A model generated the notes under the pieces. It saw only the letters and a list, made by a program, of their open reading frames with translations. It searched no databases and was not told where the DNA came from. Positions 38,656-49,900 of a DNA stretch of 64,000 nt are shown piece by piece. The stretch spans positions 4,663 through 68,662 of the forward strand of contig CAZNUU010000004.1 of assembly GCA_964576615.1 (NCBI GenBank), read 5' to 3'. Position numbers and translations under genes: made by a program. The stretch comes from an uncultured Candidatus Saccharibacteria bacterium. Lineage in GTDB: Bacteria > Patescibacteriota > Minisyncoccia > Phycocordibacterales > DATDWN01. Each line of letters begins with the position of its first letter. Within the stretch, counting starts at the first letter, position 1.

Positions 38656-40551
38656 ATGGATGAAGAAGAGAGTAGTATAGAGCGCCTGAAAAAATCGCTA
38701 TATACCAGGAATGAAAAACTTGTTCCTAAAGAAAAAAGGACACCAGTTTCTCCCCATGAAGTTGAGGCGCCGCCAGATTGGGGTGGTAAGAGGACATTTG
38801 ATTATTCTCCAGAGGTTGTAATAAAAAGAAATAATTCTTTTTTCAATAAATTTTTAATCGGCAGCCTTGTCTTTTTTACCCTATCTTTAGCTATTGCTCT
38901 CTTTATCTTTTTTGGTGGTCTTAACATGATTTCATCTAATAATCTCACTCTCGAGATTACTGCACCAAGTTCGGTTTCCTCTGGCGAAGAATTAGACATT
39001 GGTTTAACCATAACCAATCAAAATAGAACGGATCTGGAAGAAGCCTCCCTCATTATTGATTATCCGGAAGGTGCACAATCTGTGGGGGATAATAATAAAC
39101 CTTTGGTTCACGAAAAAATTGATCTTGGTACAATCGCCAAACATGACAAAACAAATTACACCGTGAGAGCGCTACTTTTTGGCGATAAAGACGTAACAAA
39201 GACGTTTAATTTCAGAATTGAGTACAAAGTTAAGGGTTCAAATGCCGTTTTCTCAAAAGAGAAATCCTTCGATGTTCTAATCGGTTCTTCACCGTTACTT
39301 CTCAATGTAAGCTACCCAACTCAGATTACTTCAGGCGATACAATTACTTTAAAATTAGAAATTACCTCAAACTCGTCTGTGCCCATTAGGAATGCTCTGG
39401 TGAAAATTGAATATCCATACGGGTTTACGTATAAAACTTCAAATGTGAAACCACTGCGCAGTAATTCTGTTTGGAACATAGGGGACTTGAAAAACGGGGA
39501 CAAGAAAACACTGACAGTTACAGGGGTTCTCATTGGCCAGAATCAAGAGGATAGATCATTTAGAATTTCTGCTGGAACGCCTGATTCAGGCTCGAACGAT
39601 TTTACTGAAAGCCTAGCTCAAACTATTGTTACTTTAGGTATAAGAAAATCGTTTTTCGATTTGGGAATAAACCTGGTTGGGGGGACTGTAGTTCATCCCA
39701 ATGAAAATATACAAATGCAAGTCATGTGGGAGAATACTTTACCGGACAGAGTCCTTAACAATGTTATTTTAGTTAAGCTCTCTGGAAATGCTATTGATCG
39801 GTCCCTCATAAGTGTTAATAATGGAGGGTTTTACAGATCTGGCGATGACACTATTACTTGGGACAAAAACGGCGATAATGATCTACAAGAACTATCTCCG
39901 GGGGATCATAATCAAGTGACATTTTCACTACATTCCCTACAGGATAATTTAAATAGGCTCGTAAAAAATCCCCATATCGATGTGAATGTGGTTATGACCG
40001 GAGACAGGTCTGGAACAAATGTAGAGAGCATATCTTCAGTTGCTGATTACTCAGTTAAAATTTCCTCCACTCTTACTCTGGTAGGCAAAACATACAGAAG
40101 TGTCGGTCCGTTCTCAAACACCGGCTCGATACCGCCTCGGGTTGATAAAGAAAGCACTTATACTATTTATTGGTCTGTTTCTAACACAACGAATGACTTA
40201 AAAAATACTCTGGTTACGGCAACTCTACCTCCGGGAGCAGTTTGGAAAAACGAGACTTCAGCTGGTACCGGCAGTATTTCATATGATCCAGATAGTAGGT
40301 TAGTAACTTGGAATATCGGGAATGTCTCAGCAGGAGTTGGGTATAGCTACCCTGTTCTAGAAGCATATTTTAAAGTTGGCCTAACGCCAAGTGCAAACCA
40401 AGTCGGCTCGCCGGCAGTGGTTATAAACGAATCTAAACTTGAGGCGCTAGATACATATAGTGGCAATACTTTAACAGAAGGTATAACTACTTTAACCACC
40501 CATTACGCTGATCCGGATTTTTCTACTGGTAAGGATAATGTGACAAAGTAA
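38656..40551 (+). CDS. Membrane-anchored multi-Ig-like (DUF11-like) protein
   Basis: One TM helix followed by repeated beta-sandwich motifs (WNIGDL, TWNIGNV). Confidence 0.7.
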   Translation: MDEEESSIERLKKSLYTRNEKLVPKEKRTPVSPHEVEAPPDWGGKRTFDYSPEVVIKRNNSFFNKFLIGSLVFFTLSLAIALFIFFGGLNMISSNNLTLEITAPSSVSSGEELDIGLTITNQNRTDLEEASLIIDYPEGAQSVGDNNKPLVHEKIDLGTIAKHDKTNYTVRALLFGDKDVTKTFNFRIEYKVKGSNAVFSKEKSFDVLIGSSPLLLNVSYPTQITSGDTITLKLEITSNSSVPIRNALVKIEYPYGFTYKTSNVKPLRSNSVWNIGDLKNGDKKTLTVTGVLIGQNQEDRSFRISAGTPDSGSNDFTESLAQTIVTLGIRKSFFDLGINLVGGTVVHPNENIQMQVMWENTLPDRVLNNVILVKLSGNAIDRSLISVNNGGFYRSGDDTITWDKNGDNDLQELSPGDHNQVTFSLHSLQDNLNRLVKNPHIDVNVVMTGDRSGTNVESISSVADYSVKISSTLTLVGKTYRSVGPFSNTGSIPPRVDKESTYTIYWSVSNTTNDLKNTLVTATLPPGAVWKNETSAGTGSISYDPDSRLVTWNIGNVSAGVGYSYPVLEAYFKVGLTPSANQVGSPAVVINESKLEALDTYSGNTLTEGITTLTTHYADPDFSTGKDNVTK

Positions 40552-40574
40552 TATTAATTCTATATATTAAGAAA

Positions 40575-41885
40575 ATGAAAAAAGACGAGGCCTTGATGGA
40601 AAAAATAGTTTCTTTGTGTAAACGTAGAGGCTTTGTTTTGGCCAGTTCTGAAATCTACGGTGGACTCTCCGGTGTTTGGGATTATGGTCACTATGGTCAA
40701 GCTCTAGCGCACAATGTAAAAGATCTTTGGTGGAAACACTTTGTCACGGAGCAAGAAAACATGTTCGGTCTGTCGACTTCCACTTTAATGCCTGAAGCTG
40801 TCTGGAAGGCGAGTGGACATTTGGATGGGTTTTCAGATCCAATGGTAGTTTGCAAAAATGGTCATGCTTTTAGGGAAGACCAACTAGAGGATTCTAAAAA
40901 ATGTCCAGAATGTGGAGCTGAATTTACTCAAAGTAGCAATTTCAACTTAATGTTTCCAGTTTCGATGGGAGCAAATAAAGATAGCAAAAATCAAGCATAT
41001 CTCCGAGGGGAAATCGCCCAAGGTATGTTTGTAAATTTTAAAAATATTCTCGATACCATGCATCCTAAGCTCCCTTTTGGGATTGCCCAAATCGGTAGAG
41101 CATACAGAAATGAGATTGCGCCCAGAGATTTTCTTTTTCGAGTTCGTGAGTTTGATCTTATGGAATTTGAATATTTTGTTCGGGAGTCGGATTGGGAAAA
41201 ATATTTTGAAATGTGGAGAGATCAAATGTGGCATTGGATAGAGCGAGTAGGTATAGACAAACATAGAGTCACTGAGCTTGAGGTGAGGGCCGAAGACAGA
41301 GCACATTATTCCAAAAGAACAATTGATTTTGAATTCGAATATCCTTTTGGCAAGAAAGAGCTCTATGGTTTGGCTTATAGAACTGATTATGATCTAAAAA
41401 ATCATTCGGCTGCATCTGGGGTGGAGCTTTCTTACTTTGATGAGGAAAATAAAGACAAGTTTATTCCACATGTTATTGAGCCGACATTTGGTCACGGCAG
41501 AACAATTCTCTCGGTTATCTTGTCTGCATACAGAGAGGATGAAATGGGAGGAGAATCCAGAAATTATCTTGCCTTTAGGCCTAGTATAGCTCCAGTCAAA
41601 GTAGCTGTTTTCCCATTACTTAAGAACAAACCTGAATTAGTCGAGAAAGCTCGCGAAATTTACAAAAAACTGAAAAAGGAATTTGGCGATGTTGAATTTG
41701 ATGATAATGGCAACATCGGCAAACGTTACAGAAGACAAGATGAGATTGGCACACCCTGGTGCATTACCGTTGATTTTGAAACCATCGAGAAAGATGCGGG
41801 AGTTACGGTGCGGGATCGTGATACAGGTAAGCAAGACAGGATGCAGGTAGAAGAACTCATCTCCTATATAAAAGAGAGACTATAA
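40575..41885 (+). CDS. glyQS: Glycine--tRNA ligase (alpha2 type)
   Basis: SEIYGG, FNLMF, RNEI.PR..FR.REF, IGKRYRRQDEIG. Confidence 0.96.
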   Translation: MKKDEALMEKIVSLCKRRGFVLASSEIYGGLSGVWDYGHYGQALAHNVKDLWWKHFVTEQENMFGLSTSTLMPEAVWKASGHLDGFSDPMVVCKNGHAFREDQLEDSKKCPECGAEFTQSSNFNLMFPVSMGANKDSKNQAYLRGEIAQGMFVNFKNILDTMHPKLPFGIAQIGRAYRNEIAPRDFLFRVREFDLMEFEYFVRESDWEKYFEMWRDQMWHWIERVGIDKHRVTELEVRAEDRAHYSKRTIDFEFEYPFGKKELYGLAYRTDYDLKNHSAASGVELSYFDEENKDKFIPHVIEPTFGHGRTILSVILSAYREDEMGGESRNYLAFRPSIAPVKVAVFPLLKNKPELVEKAREIYKKLKKEFGDVEFDDNGNIGKRYRRQDEIGTPWCITVDFETIEKDAGVTVRDRDTGKQDRMQVEELISYIKERL

Positions 41886-41926
41886 ATTACTTTGTTTTTG
41901 GTTTGGGGTTGTGCTATATTCAGCTG

Positions 41927-43195
41927 ATGAATTTTAAGAAAAAAACGTTCAAAAATGGAATGCGGGCCGTTGTTGTCTCTATGCCAGAGTCTCCCTCTGT
42001 CACGGTAATGTCGATGATTGAGACAGGTTCGGAATATGAAAAAAAGAATAAAAACGGCATATCTCACTTTTTGGAGCATATGTTTTTCAAAGGTACAAAA
42101 AATCGCAAAACTTCTCTAGATATTTCTAAGGAATTTGATGGGATGGGAGCACAGCACAATGCTTTCACTTCGAACGAGGTAACTGCTTACTATGGTAAGG
42201 CAGCAAACAAAAATTTTGGGAAGATTCTGGATATTATTTCCGATATGTATTTAAATCCTACTTTTCCAGAGAAAGAATTAGAAAAAGAGAAGGGGGTAAT
42301 AATCGAGGAGATAAATATGTACGAGGATCTCCCTCAGAGACATGTGCACGAAGTATTTCAAGAACTTCTGTATGGTGATACACCTCATGGTTGGACTGTC
42401 TTGGGGCCAAAGGAAAACATTAGAGGAATGAAACAAAAAGATTTCATCGATTACCGGAAGACCCACTATGTTGCTAAGAAAACTCTAGTTGTAGTGGCAG
42501 GCAATGTCGCTCCCGAAGACGCCTTTAATAAAATCGAGAAAGCTTTCAAGAATATCCCTACCGGAAAAGTGGTTGGTAAAGAGAAGCTGTTGGAAAAACA
42601 AAACAAACCTGAAATAAAGATAAAGCACAAGGATACTGATCAAATGCATATAATCATCGGTTTTAGAACTTTCGATCTCTATGATAAGAGAATGCCAACT
42701 TTGAAGGTTTTAAATACTGTTCTAGGTAGAGGAATGAGTTCGAGGCTTTTCCAAAAAATGAGAGAGGAATTAGGCATTTGCTATTATATTCGTTCATACA
42801 TTAACGACCTAACAGATCATGGCAATTTTATTATTACTGCGGGTGTAGATAAGACGCGGCTGGACCAAGCTATCGTCGGCATACTTGAGGAAGTCAAAAA
42901 AATGGTAAACGAGACAGTAAAGGGAGAGGAGTTAAAAAAAGCAAAGGATTTCTTAATCGGCAATATGCATCTTAATCTAGAAGCTTCTGATGATGTTGCA
43001 AATTTTTACGGATTTCAAGAGATAATGCGGGAGATAGTAAAAACACCTGCCCAGATAGAAAAAGACATGAATAAAGTTAAGGCTGGGGACATTCAAAGAC
43101 TCGCAAAACAGATTTTTAAGAATGGCAATTTAAACCTTGCAATTGTTGGCAACGTTAAGGATGAAAAGCCTTTACGAAAAATTCTTCATTTTTAA
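41927..43195 (+). CDS. M16 family zinc peptidase
   Basis: Inverted motif HFLEH, NAFTS, SSRLFQ..RE. Confidence 0.92.
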   Translation: MNFKKKTFKNGMRAVVVSMPESPSVTVMSMIETGSEYEKKNKNGISHFLEHMFFKGTKNRKTSLDISKEFDGMGAQHNAFTSNEVTAYYGKAANKNFGKILDIISDMYLNPTFPEKELEKEKGVIIEEINMYEDLPQRHVHEVFQELLYGDTPHGWTVLGPKENIRGMKQKDFIDYRKTHYVAKKTLVVVAGNVAPEDAFNKIEKAFKNIPTGKVVGKEKLLEKQNKPEIKIKHKDTDQMHIIIGFRTFDLYDKRMPTLKVLNTVLGRGMSSRLFQKMREELGICYYIRSYINDLTDHGNFIITAGVDKTRLDQAIVGILEEVKKMVNETVKGEELKKAKDFLIGNMHLNLEASDDVANFYGFQEIMREIVKTPAQIEKDMNKVKAGDIQRLAKQIFKNGNLNLAIVGNVKDEKPLRKILHF

Positions 43196-43244
43196 TTCAT
43201 TCTCCCTTGTGTTATTATGTTTTTAGTGTTATTTTTCTATTTCC

Positions 43245-44324
43245 ATGGAAATTAGAGAACAAACTATTCACATAAGTGCGGGTTCCATAGCAAAAGCCAT
43301 TTTTGTATTGCTACTTTTTGCTGCTCTATTTTTACTTAAAGATTTAGTTCTAGTTCTCTTAATGTCTATTGTTATTGCTTCAGCTATGGAGCCAGCAACC
43401 CAGTGGTTTACCAGAAGGGGCTTGCCCAGACTTTTTGCTGTCATCCTGATTTATTTCACTATTGCTATCTGTCTTATTGCAATTGTTTTCTTTTTGCTCA
43501 TTCCACTTCTTTCGGAAACCTCCGATTTCTTAAAAAATCTTCCATCTTATCTCAATGCCAGGGTGGTTGAGAGAACTATCGCAAATAGTGAGTTCTTATC
43601 TTCTCAACCATTCGTTGCCGGTCTTACAGACAGTATAAACATCTCGCATATAATTACTGAGGTAAATGATTTGATAGTTACAATTTCTTCAAATGCGTTC
43701 GGGGCAGTGACGACTATCTTCGGAGGAATTTTAAGTTTTATTTTGATGATCGTCATATCGTTTTATTTGTCCGTCGAGGACGATGGAGTAGGGAAGTTCC
43801 TTAAGGCGATCACACCTTTAAAGCATGAGAAGTACATGGTTGCCCTCTGGAAGAGATCCCAGAGGAAAATAGGTCTTTGGATGCAGGGGCAGTTTGTGTT
43901 GGCTATTATAATCGGAATGCTAGTTTATCTCGGTCTCCTAATCCTAAATGTGCCAAATGCCTTACTTTTGGCTGCTCTAGCTGCTGCATTTGAAATTATC
44001 CCTCTTTTTGGGCCTATTTTGGCCTCAATACCAGCAATTGGCATAGCTTTCTCAAGTGGGGGGTTGGCCCTGGCCTTACTTGTGGTAGGTCTTTACGTTA
44101 TCATCCATCAGTTCGAAAATCAGCTGATTTACCCCCTTGTGGTGAAGAAAGTTGTGGGGGTCTCTCCAGTAATTTCAATTGTGGCCTTAATTGCTGGCTT
44201 TAAATTAGCTGGGTTTTTAGGCTTAGTACTCTCTGTTCCAATTGCGACCGCTGTTATAGAATTTGTCAGTGACTTTGAAAAAGACAAAATAGAGAAATTT
44301 GAAAGGATGCAATCTGCCGAGTAA
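43245..44324 (+). CDS. AI-2E family transporter
   Basis: IPLFGP, QFENQLIYP, G..G..L.VP. Confidence 0.9.
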   Translation: MEIREQTIHISAGSIAKAIFVLLLFAALFLLKDLVLVLLMSIVIASAMEPATQWFTRRGLPRLFAVILIYFTIAICLIAIVFFLLIPLLSETSDFLKNLPSYLNARVVERTIANSEFLSSQPFVAGLTDSINISHIITEVNDLIVTISSNAFGAVTTIFGGILSFILMIVISFYLSVEDDGVGKFLKAITPLKHEKYMVALWKRSQRKIGLWMQGQFVLAIIIGMLVYLGLLILNVPNALLLAALAAAFEIIPLFGPILASIPAIGIAFSSGGLALALLVVGLYVIIHQFENQLIYPLVVKKVVGVSPVISIVALIAGFKLAGFLGLVLSVPIATAVIEFVSDFEKDKIEKFERMQSAE

Positions 44325-44339
44325 TTTTCTCTGGATTAG

Positions 44340-45767
44340 ATGAAAAAGACTTTCTATATCACAACTACTTTGCCATATATAAATGCTGATCCGCATATCG
44401 GTTTTGCTATGGAGATAATTCAGGCTGATGTCATTAATCGAGCAAAAGTCCTTCAAGGTTTTGAGACTTTCTTCAATACTGGCAGTGACGAACACGGTCA
44501 AAAAATGTACAAGAAAGCTCTGGAGGCCAAGAAAGAACCTAAGGTTTACATGGACGAATTTGCAGAAAAATTTAGGAATCTTAAATCACTCTTAAATCTA
44601 AGTGAAAATTTAAAGTTCATTAGAACAACTGATGATTATCACAAAAAAGCGGCACAAGAATTTTGGAAGAGGTGTGAGGTGAACGGAGATATATATCAAA
44701 AAGAGTACAAGATTAAATATTGTGTCGGCTGCGAGCTTGAGAAAACAGATTCAGAACTTGTAGATGGAAAATGTCCTATTCATCCTGATAAGGAGCTGGA
44801 GTTAATTGATGAAATAAATTATTTTTTTAGGTTTTCAAAATACAGCGAAAAATTACTTGAGCTTTATAGAAATAATCCAGAATTTGTAAAACCAGATTAT
44901 AGATTAAACGAGATAAAAGCTTTAATTCGCAGAGGTTTGGAGGATTTTAGTGTTTCTCGGGTTGCAAAGAAAATGCCTTGGGGAGTTCCAGTTCCAGGAG
45001 ATGAGAGTCAAGTTATGTACGTGTGGTTCGATGCTTTAGTTAATTATGTCTCGACTATTGGTTGGCCAAATGACTTAGATAGTTTCAGTAAATGGTGGCC
45101 AGTCGTTCAATTCGCAGGTAAAGACCAAGTTCGTCAGCAGGCGGCAATGTGGCAGGCTATGCTTCTCTCAGCCGGGCTTACACCGTCGGAAAAAATTGTG
45201 ATCCATGGATTTATAAATATTGGTGGTGAAAAAATGTCAAAAAGTGTCGGTAATGTCGTCGGTCCAGTTGAGTTAGTTAACGAATACGGGGTTGATGCAC
45301 TTAGGTATTACCTGACTCGTGAAGTTAATCAGTTTGAGGATAGTGATTTCACGAAAGAGAGATTTAAGGAGGCCTATAATGCCAATCTGGCCAATGGCTT
45401 GGGGAACCTAGTCTCAAGAGTGATGAAAATGGCCCAGGACAACCTAGAAGAACCTGTTGAGGTGCCAGAATTTGAGAACATGGAGTCTTATTTCACTTTT
45501 CTAAATGCTTTTGATATCAATAAGGCGGTCAATTTCGTATGGGAAGAGATTAGTAAGATGGATAAATTCATTCAAGACAGTGAGCCCTTCAAGGTTGTTA
45601 AGGAAGACAAAGAAAAAGGTAAGAAAATGATCAAGGATTTGGTCACAAGGCTCTATAGTGTGGCTAGAATGTTAAATCCAATAATGCCTGAGACGTCAAA
45701 TAAGATAAAGGAGCTTATCAAATCAAATAAATCACCGGAAAAACCACTCTTTCTTCGCAAAGACTAA
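44340..45767 (+). CDS. metG: Methionine--tRNA ligase (lacks C-terminal tRNA-binding domain)
   Basis: PHIGF, YVWFDAL, KMSKS. Confidence 0.95.
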   Translation: MKKTFYITTTLPYINADPHIGFAMEIIQADVINRAKVLQGFETFFNTGSDEHGQKMYKKALEAKKEPKVYMDEFAEKFRNLKSLLNLSENLKFIRTTDDYHKKAAQEFWKRCEVNGDIYQKEYKIKYCVGCELEKTDSELVDGKCPIHPDKELELIDEINYFFRFSKYSEKLLELYRNNPEFVKPDYRLNEIKALIRRGLEDFSVSRVAKKMPWGVPVPGDESQVMYVWFDALVNYVSTIGWPNDLDSFSKWWPVVQFAGKDQVRQQAAMWQAMLLSAGLTPSEKIVIHGFINIGGEKMSKSVGNVVGPVELVNEYGVDALRYYLTREVNQFEDSDFTKERFKEAYNANLANGLGNLVSRVMKMAQDNLEEPVEVPEFENMESYFTFLNAFDINKAVNFVWEEISKMDKFIQDSEPFKVVKEDKEKGKKMIKDLVTRLYSVARMLNPIMPETSNKIKELIKSNKSPEKPLFLRKD

Positions 45768-45768
45768 A

Positions 45769-46563
45769 ATGTACGAATATTTTGATATTCATTCTCACAT
45801 TTATTCTCCCGAATTCGACAATGATAGGGAAGAGGAAATTGAGAAGTTAAAGAAAGCAAAAATTGGGACGATAACTATTGGCGCAGATCTTGAGACATCC
45901 AAGCAGGCAATCGAACTTGCGGACAAACATGAGAATATTTTTGCGACTATCGGACAAATTCCAAGTGACCTAAATAACAATTCTGTCTTTGAAGAGAAGT
46001 TAGAGATCCTTGTCCAAAATAAAAAAGTAGTAGCTATAGGGGAATGTGGGCTGGATTATTTTCGAGATGAATCTCCAGATCTAAAAAATATTCAAAAAAC
46101 AATTTTTGAATATCACATTGATCTTGCCCTTTCATCGGAACTTCCACTTATGTTACATGTCCGGGATAAGCGCGGATCATTTTTGGCGTATAAGGATACT
46201 CTGGATGTTTTAGAGCATCATGCAAAATTAGCAGGTAGTCGTTTGCGAGGGAATGCGCATTTTTTTGCAGGTAATATGGATACTCTAAAAAGATTTCTTG
46301 CAATTGGTTTTACCGTTTCCTTTACTGGGGTTATCACTTTTACTCAGGACTATGATGAGCTTATCCAATTTGTACCTCTCAATATGATAATGGCGGAAAC
46401 CGATGCACCATTTGTTGCTCCAGTGCCATACAGAGGGAAGAGGAACTCGCCACTTTATGTAGCAGAAGTAGTAAAGAAAATTGCAGAGATAAGAAGTGAA
46501 CCACTCATGCATGTAAAAAAAGCTCTACTAGAGAATACTTTTTCAAGCTTCAAATTGGGCTAA
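45769..46563 (+). CDS. tatD: TatD-family hydrolase
   Basis: DIHSH, IGECGLDY, ETDAPF. Confidence 0.93.
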   Translation: MYEYFDIHSHIYSPEFDNDREEEIEKLKKAKIGTITIGADLETSKQAIELADKHENIFATIGQIPSDLNNNSVFEEKLEILVQNKKVVAIGECGLDYFRDESPDLKNIQKTIFEYHIDLALSSELPLMLHVRDKRGSFLAYKDTLDVLEHHAKLAGSRLRGNAHFFAGNMDTLKRFLAIGFTVSFTGVITFTQDYDELIQFVPLNMIMAETDAPFVAPVPYRGKRNSPLYVAEVVKKIAEIRSEPLMHVKKALLENTFSSFKLG

Positions 46564-46979
46564 TTCGACCCTGGTTATCCACAGAGAGGGGAAGTATGGA
46601 TGGTCAGGAGTGGTAACGATCAGTGTCACATTTCCATCCATTTTTTTTTGCTGATTTTTGCAATCTTTTATCTCAAAGTAATTCTCAAAGGAGGTCTAAA
46701 AATGGCCGTTTGAACTATATGCAACATTACTAAACCTTAATAGGTCTCATGAAAAAATATAGATATTTTTTTGATGGTCTTTTTTTGAAAATTTTTTCAG
46801 AATTCATAACTTTTGGACTCACTAGTTTAGTTTTTTTAATTAGATTTGAGCCAAAAAAATACCTAAATTTTCCAACATTTTCTTAGGGGGTCTTTTTACC
46901 AAAAAAAGGCTTATTTATAGGCAAATAAGTGATAAAATATATATAAATCGCTGTCCGTTGGACCGATATTAATTCACTC

Positions 46980-49900
46980 ATGATCGGCGATGCAGTAAAA
47001 AGAATAGTGAGAAAAGAATTTCCTACTGGAAAAACTGTTTTTTCTTCACTCTTAATTTCTCTGTTAGCCCTCTCGCCCCTGCCACTTTTTGCCTCTACTT
47101 ATCAAACTTTAGCCTACCAAGACGTACACAAAGACAGATACCTATTTGCCTTTAATTTGATTTCAAGTGTTCAGAATTCTCTTGCGAATTTAAGTGATGG
47201 CCAGATAGGAAGTAAGTTTTCAGATGAGGAAAATCAGTTAATTTCAGCGAGCCAGCAGAACGCAGATAAGTTAGGAGAATTAATTAATGAAAAAATAGAT
47301 TACTTGGGTTATTCAATAAACCAGGGTTCAGCAGATTTGGTGTACCAAGGAGAATTATTTTTTGAATATATTTTTGGTTTATCTTTGAATAATAATCCAA
47401 GCGGTAATTATAATTTCAAATCACCGATAAGTGGAGGAGTGTCTTTGAGCAATCTTTTTGAAGGCAAAGTGATTTCAAAGTTTAGAAATTTATTTGGTAA
47501 TGGGATCAATTTTCCAAAAGTTGCTGAAGCAAAAAAAATAGTAGAAAAGAAATCGGAACAGATTTCAGAAAAAACGAAAGCTGCCGAAGTTGCAGTTTCA
47601 AATAAACCAGAGCCAAAAGTTTTGGCTGCAAATATTTCTGTTCCAACAAGTGCAATAAAAAAAGTTATAAATAATTATTTGGCTCCAACTCCTAAACAGG
47701 ATGCGGCACTTAGTATTTTACCTAACTACGTAACAAAAAAAGATTTAGACAGTCGCTTGAAGTTATTATCTGAAGAATTTATTAAAAAAATATCGGCAAT
47801 TAACATTAATCCCGTAAGTGGTGACGATTTGGCAAACATATACAGGCAGATCGCTCTAACCCAGAGGATAGACCAAATTTCAAATGTAACCATCAATAAT
47901 TCCTACATTAGCAGCGGTAGTGTCGGGGGTGTCTCTGTGACCAACATTGTTTCAAATACTGGCTCAACAAGTATCCCGAATCTAGTAGTAAACAACACCT
48001 CTACCTCTACATTTGCCGGGGGGGTAGCTATTACAGGCGGATGTATAAGTGTAAATGGTACATGTGTGGGTGGCGGTGGGGGTAGTGGTACACCCGGAGG
48101 TAGTGATGGCCAGATCCAATTTAACAGTGGAGGGACATCATTCGGAGGGTCGTCCAGTTTGGTCTGGGATAATACTAACTTGAGGCTGGGTGTTGGTACA
48201 ACATCACCATACGCTCCACTTTCAGTTGTGGGGCAAATTGTTGCAGCCTATTTTACGGCAACAACAACATTGGTAAATACATTTCCTTATGCTTCAACCA
48301 CAGCTCTGTCGGTTTCCAGTGGACTGACATTGAATACTTCAACTAATGGTCCACTTCAAGCAGTTGGTGGAATTGTTTCAGCTACCACATCGATTGGTGT
48401 TGCGTACGGTGGTACCGGTTGGGCATCTCTTCAATCAAACGCAGTTCTTCTTGGAAATGGTTCAGGGAAAATTGCAACAACATCAGCTGGTACCGACGGG
48501 CAAGTCTTGGCATTAGTAAACGGGGTACCAACCTGGCAATCGACTACAACACTTTCTACAATTACTGGAACACTTACAGTAGGGAAGGGTGGTACTAATG
48601 CAACATCTTTCTCAGCTAACTCGATTGTGGTTTCTGATGCTGCCGGGACAACTCTAATTGCTACTGGGTCGAAACTAACCATTGGCTCACTCCTTTCTAC
48701 CACAACCGCAACATCCACATTTTCTGGAGCACTAGGAATTGGCACGACATCACCTTGGGCAGTATTTTCTGTTAACCCAACGGGAGGTACAGCAGCTGCA
48801 CAATTTGTAGTTGGATCCTCATCTGCAACAAATCTAATCGTGTTAAACTCGGGATTTGTTGGTATTTCCAGTACAACCCCGACATCTAGATTTGGAGTAA
48901 ACCCTCAAGCCGGAGATATAGTAGCTTTTGCAGTAGGTTCTTCAACTAAATCACTTCTCTCCATCTCGACTGAAGGTTTTGGCACCACAACCCTTGCTGG
49001 TCTTAACGTAAATGCTACAGCCACTTCTACATCAAATGTTGGCTGGAATATAAGTAATGGTTGTTATGCTATTTCTGGAACCTGTCTTTCTCTTTCTAAT
49101 TTGGCTGGAACACTTGCTGTCTCCAAGGGCGGAACAAATGCTACTTCTTTTGCAGCTAACTCCATCATTGTCTCTGATGCTGCTGGCACAACTCTCATTG
49201 CAACAACATCAAACAACTTCACACTCGGATCGTTTATTGCCACCTCCACCACACTTAACTCCTACTCACTTAATAACTGGACAGGTTTTGGCACAAGTAC
49301 GCCGGTATACGAAGTTACAATCTCATCTTCTACAGCGCCCCAGTTAGCTTTATCTGCAGGCTCGGGTATAGCGCAGTGGGTATTTAGAAACGGTGGGGGT
49401 GATCTTTATCTCGCGACTACAACTGTCGCGGGAACTGCTACTACCTCAATCACAGCTCTAACCATATCTGGTAGTGGCTTCGGTACCACAACAATCCGCG
49501 GCCTAACTATTGCTAACGGCCAAGCAACTTCTACCTCCAACGTCGGTTGGTCAATCACAAATGGTTGTTACGCTATAGGTACGACCTGTCTATCACTTTC
49601 ATCACTTACTGGAACACTCGCGGTTGCAAGTGGTGGTACTAACTCGACATCTTTTGCGGCTAACTCGATTATCACATCTGATGCCGCCGGAACTACACTC
49701 ATTGCAACAACATCAAACAACTTCACACTCGGATCATTTATTGCCACCTCCACCACACTTAACTCCTACTCACTTAATAACTGGATTGGTTTTGGTACCA
49801 CAACATCGAAGTACCCCTTAACAATTTCATCTTCGACGGCATCTCAACTTGCTCTCTCAGCTAGCTCTGGTTTTGCTCAGGTGGTGTTTAGAAATGATGG

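Noticed and set aside
46564-46979. Replication origin
   Set aside because: Only one clear DnaA box and no dnaA/dnaN nearby; insufficient evidence
49194-49785. Diversity-generating retroelement template/variable repeat pair
   Set aside because: Only one mismatch, both copies lie in frame in one gene, and no reverse transcriptase is present in the window
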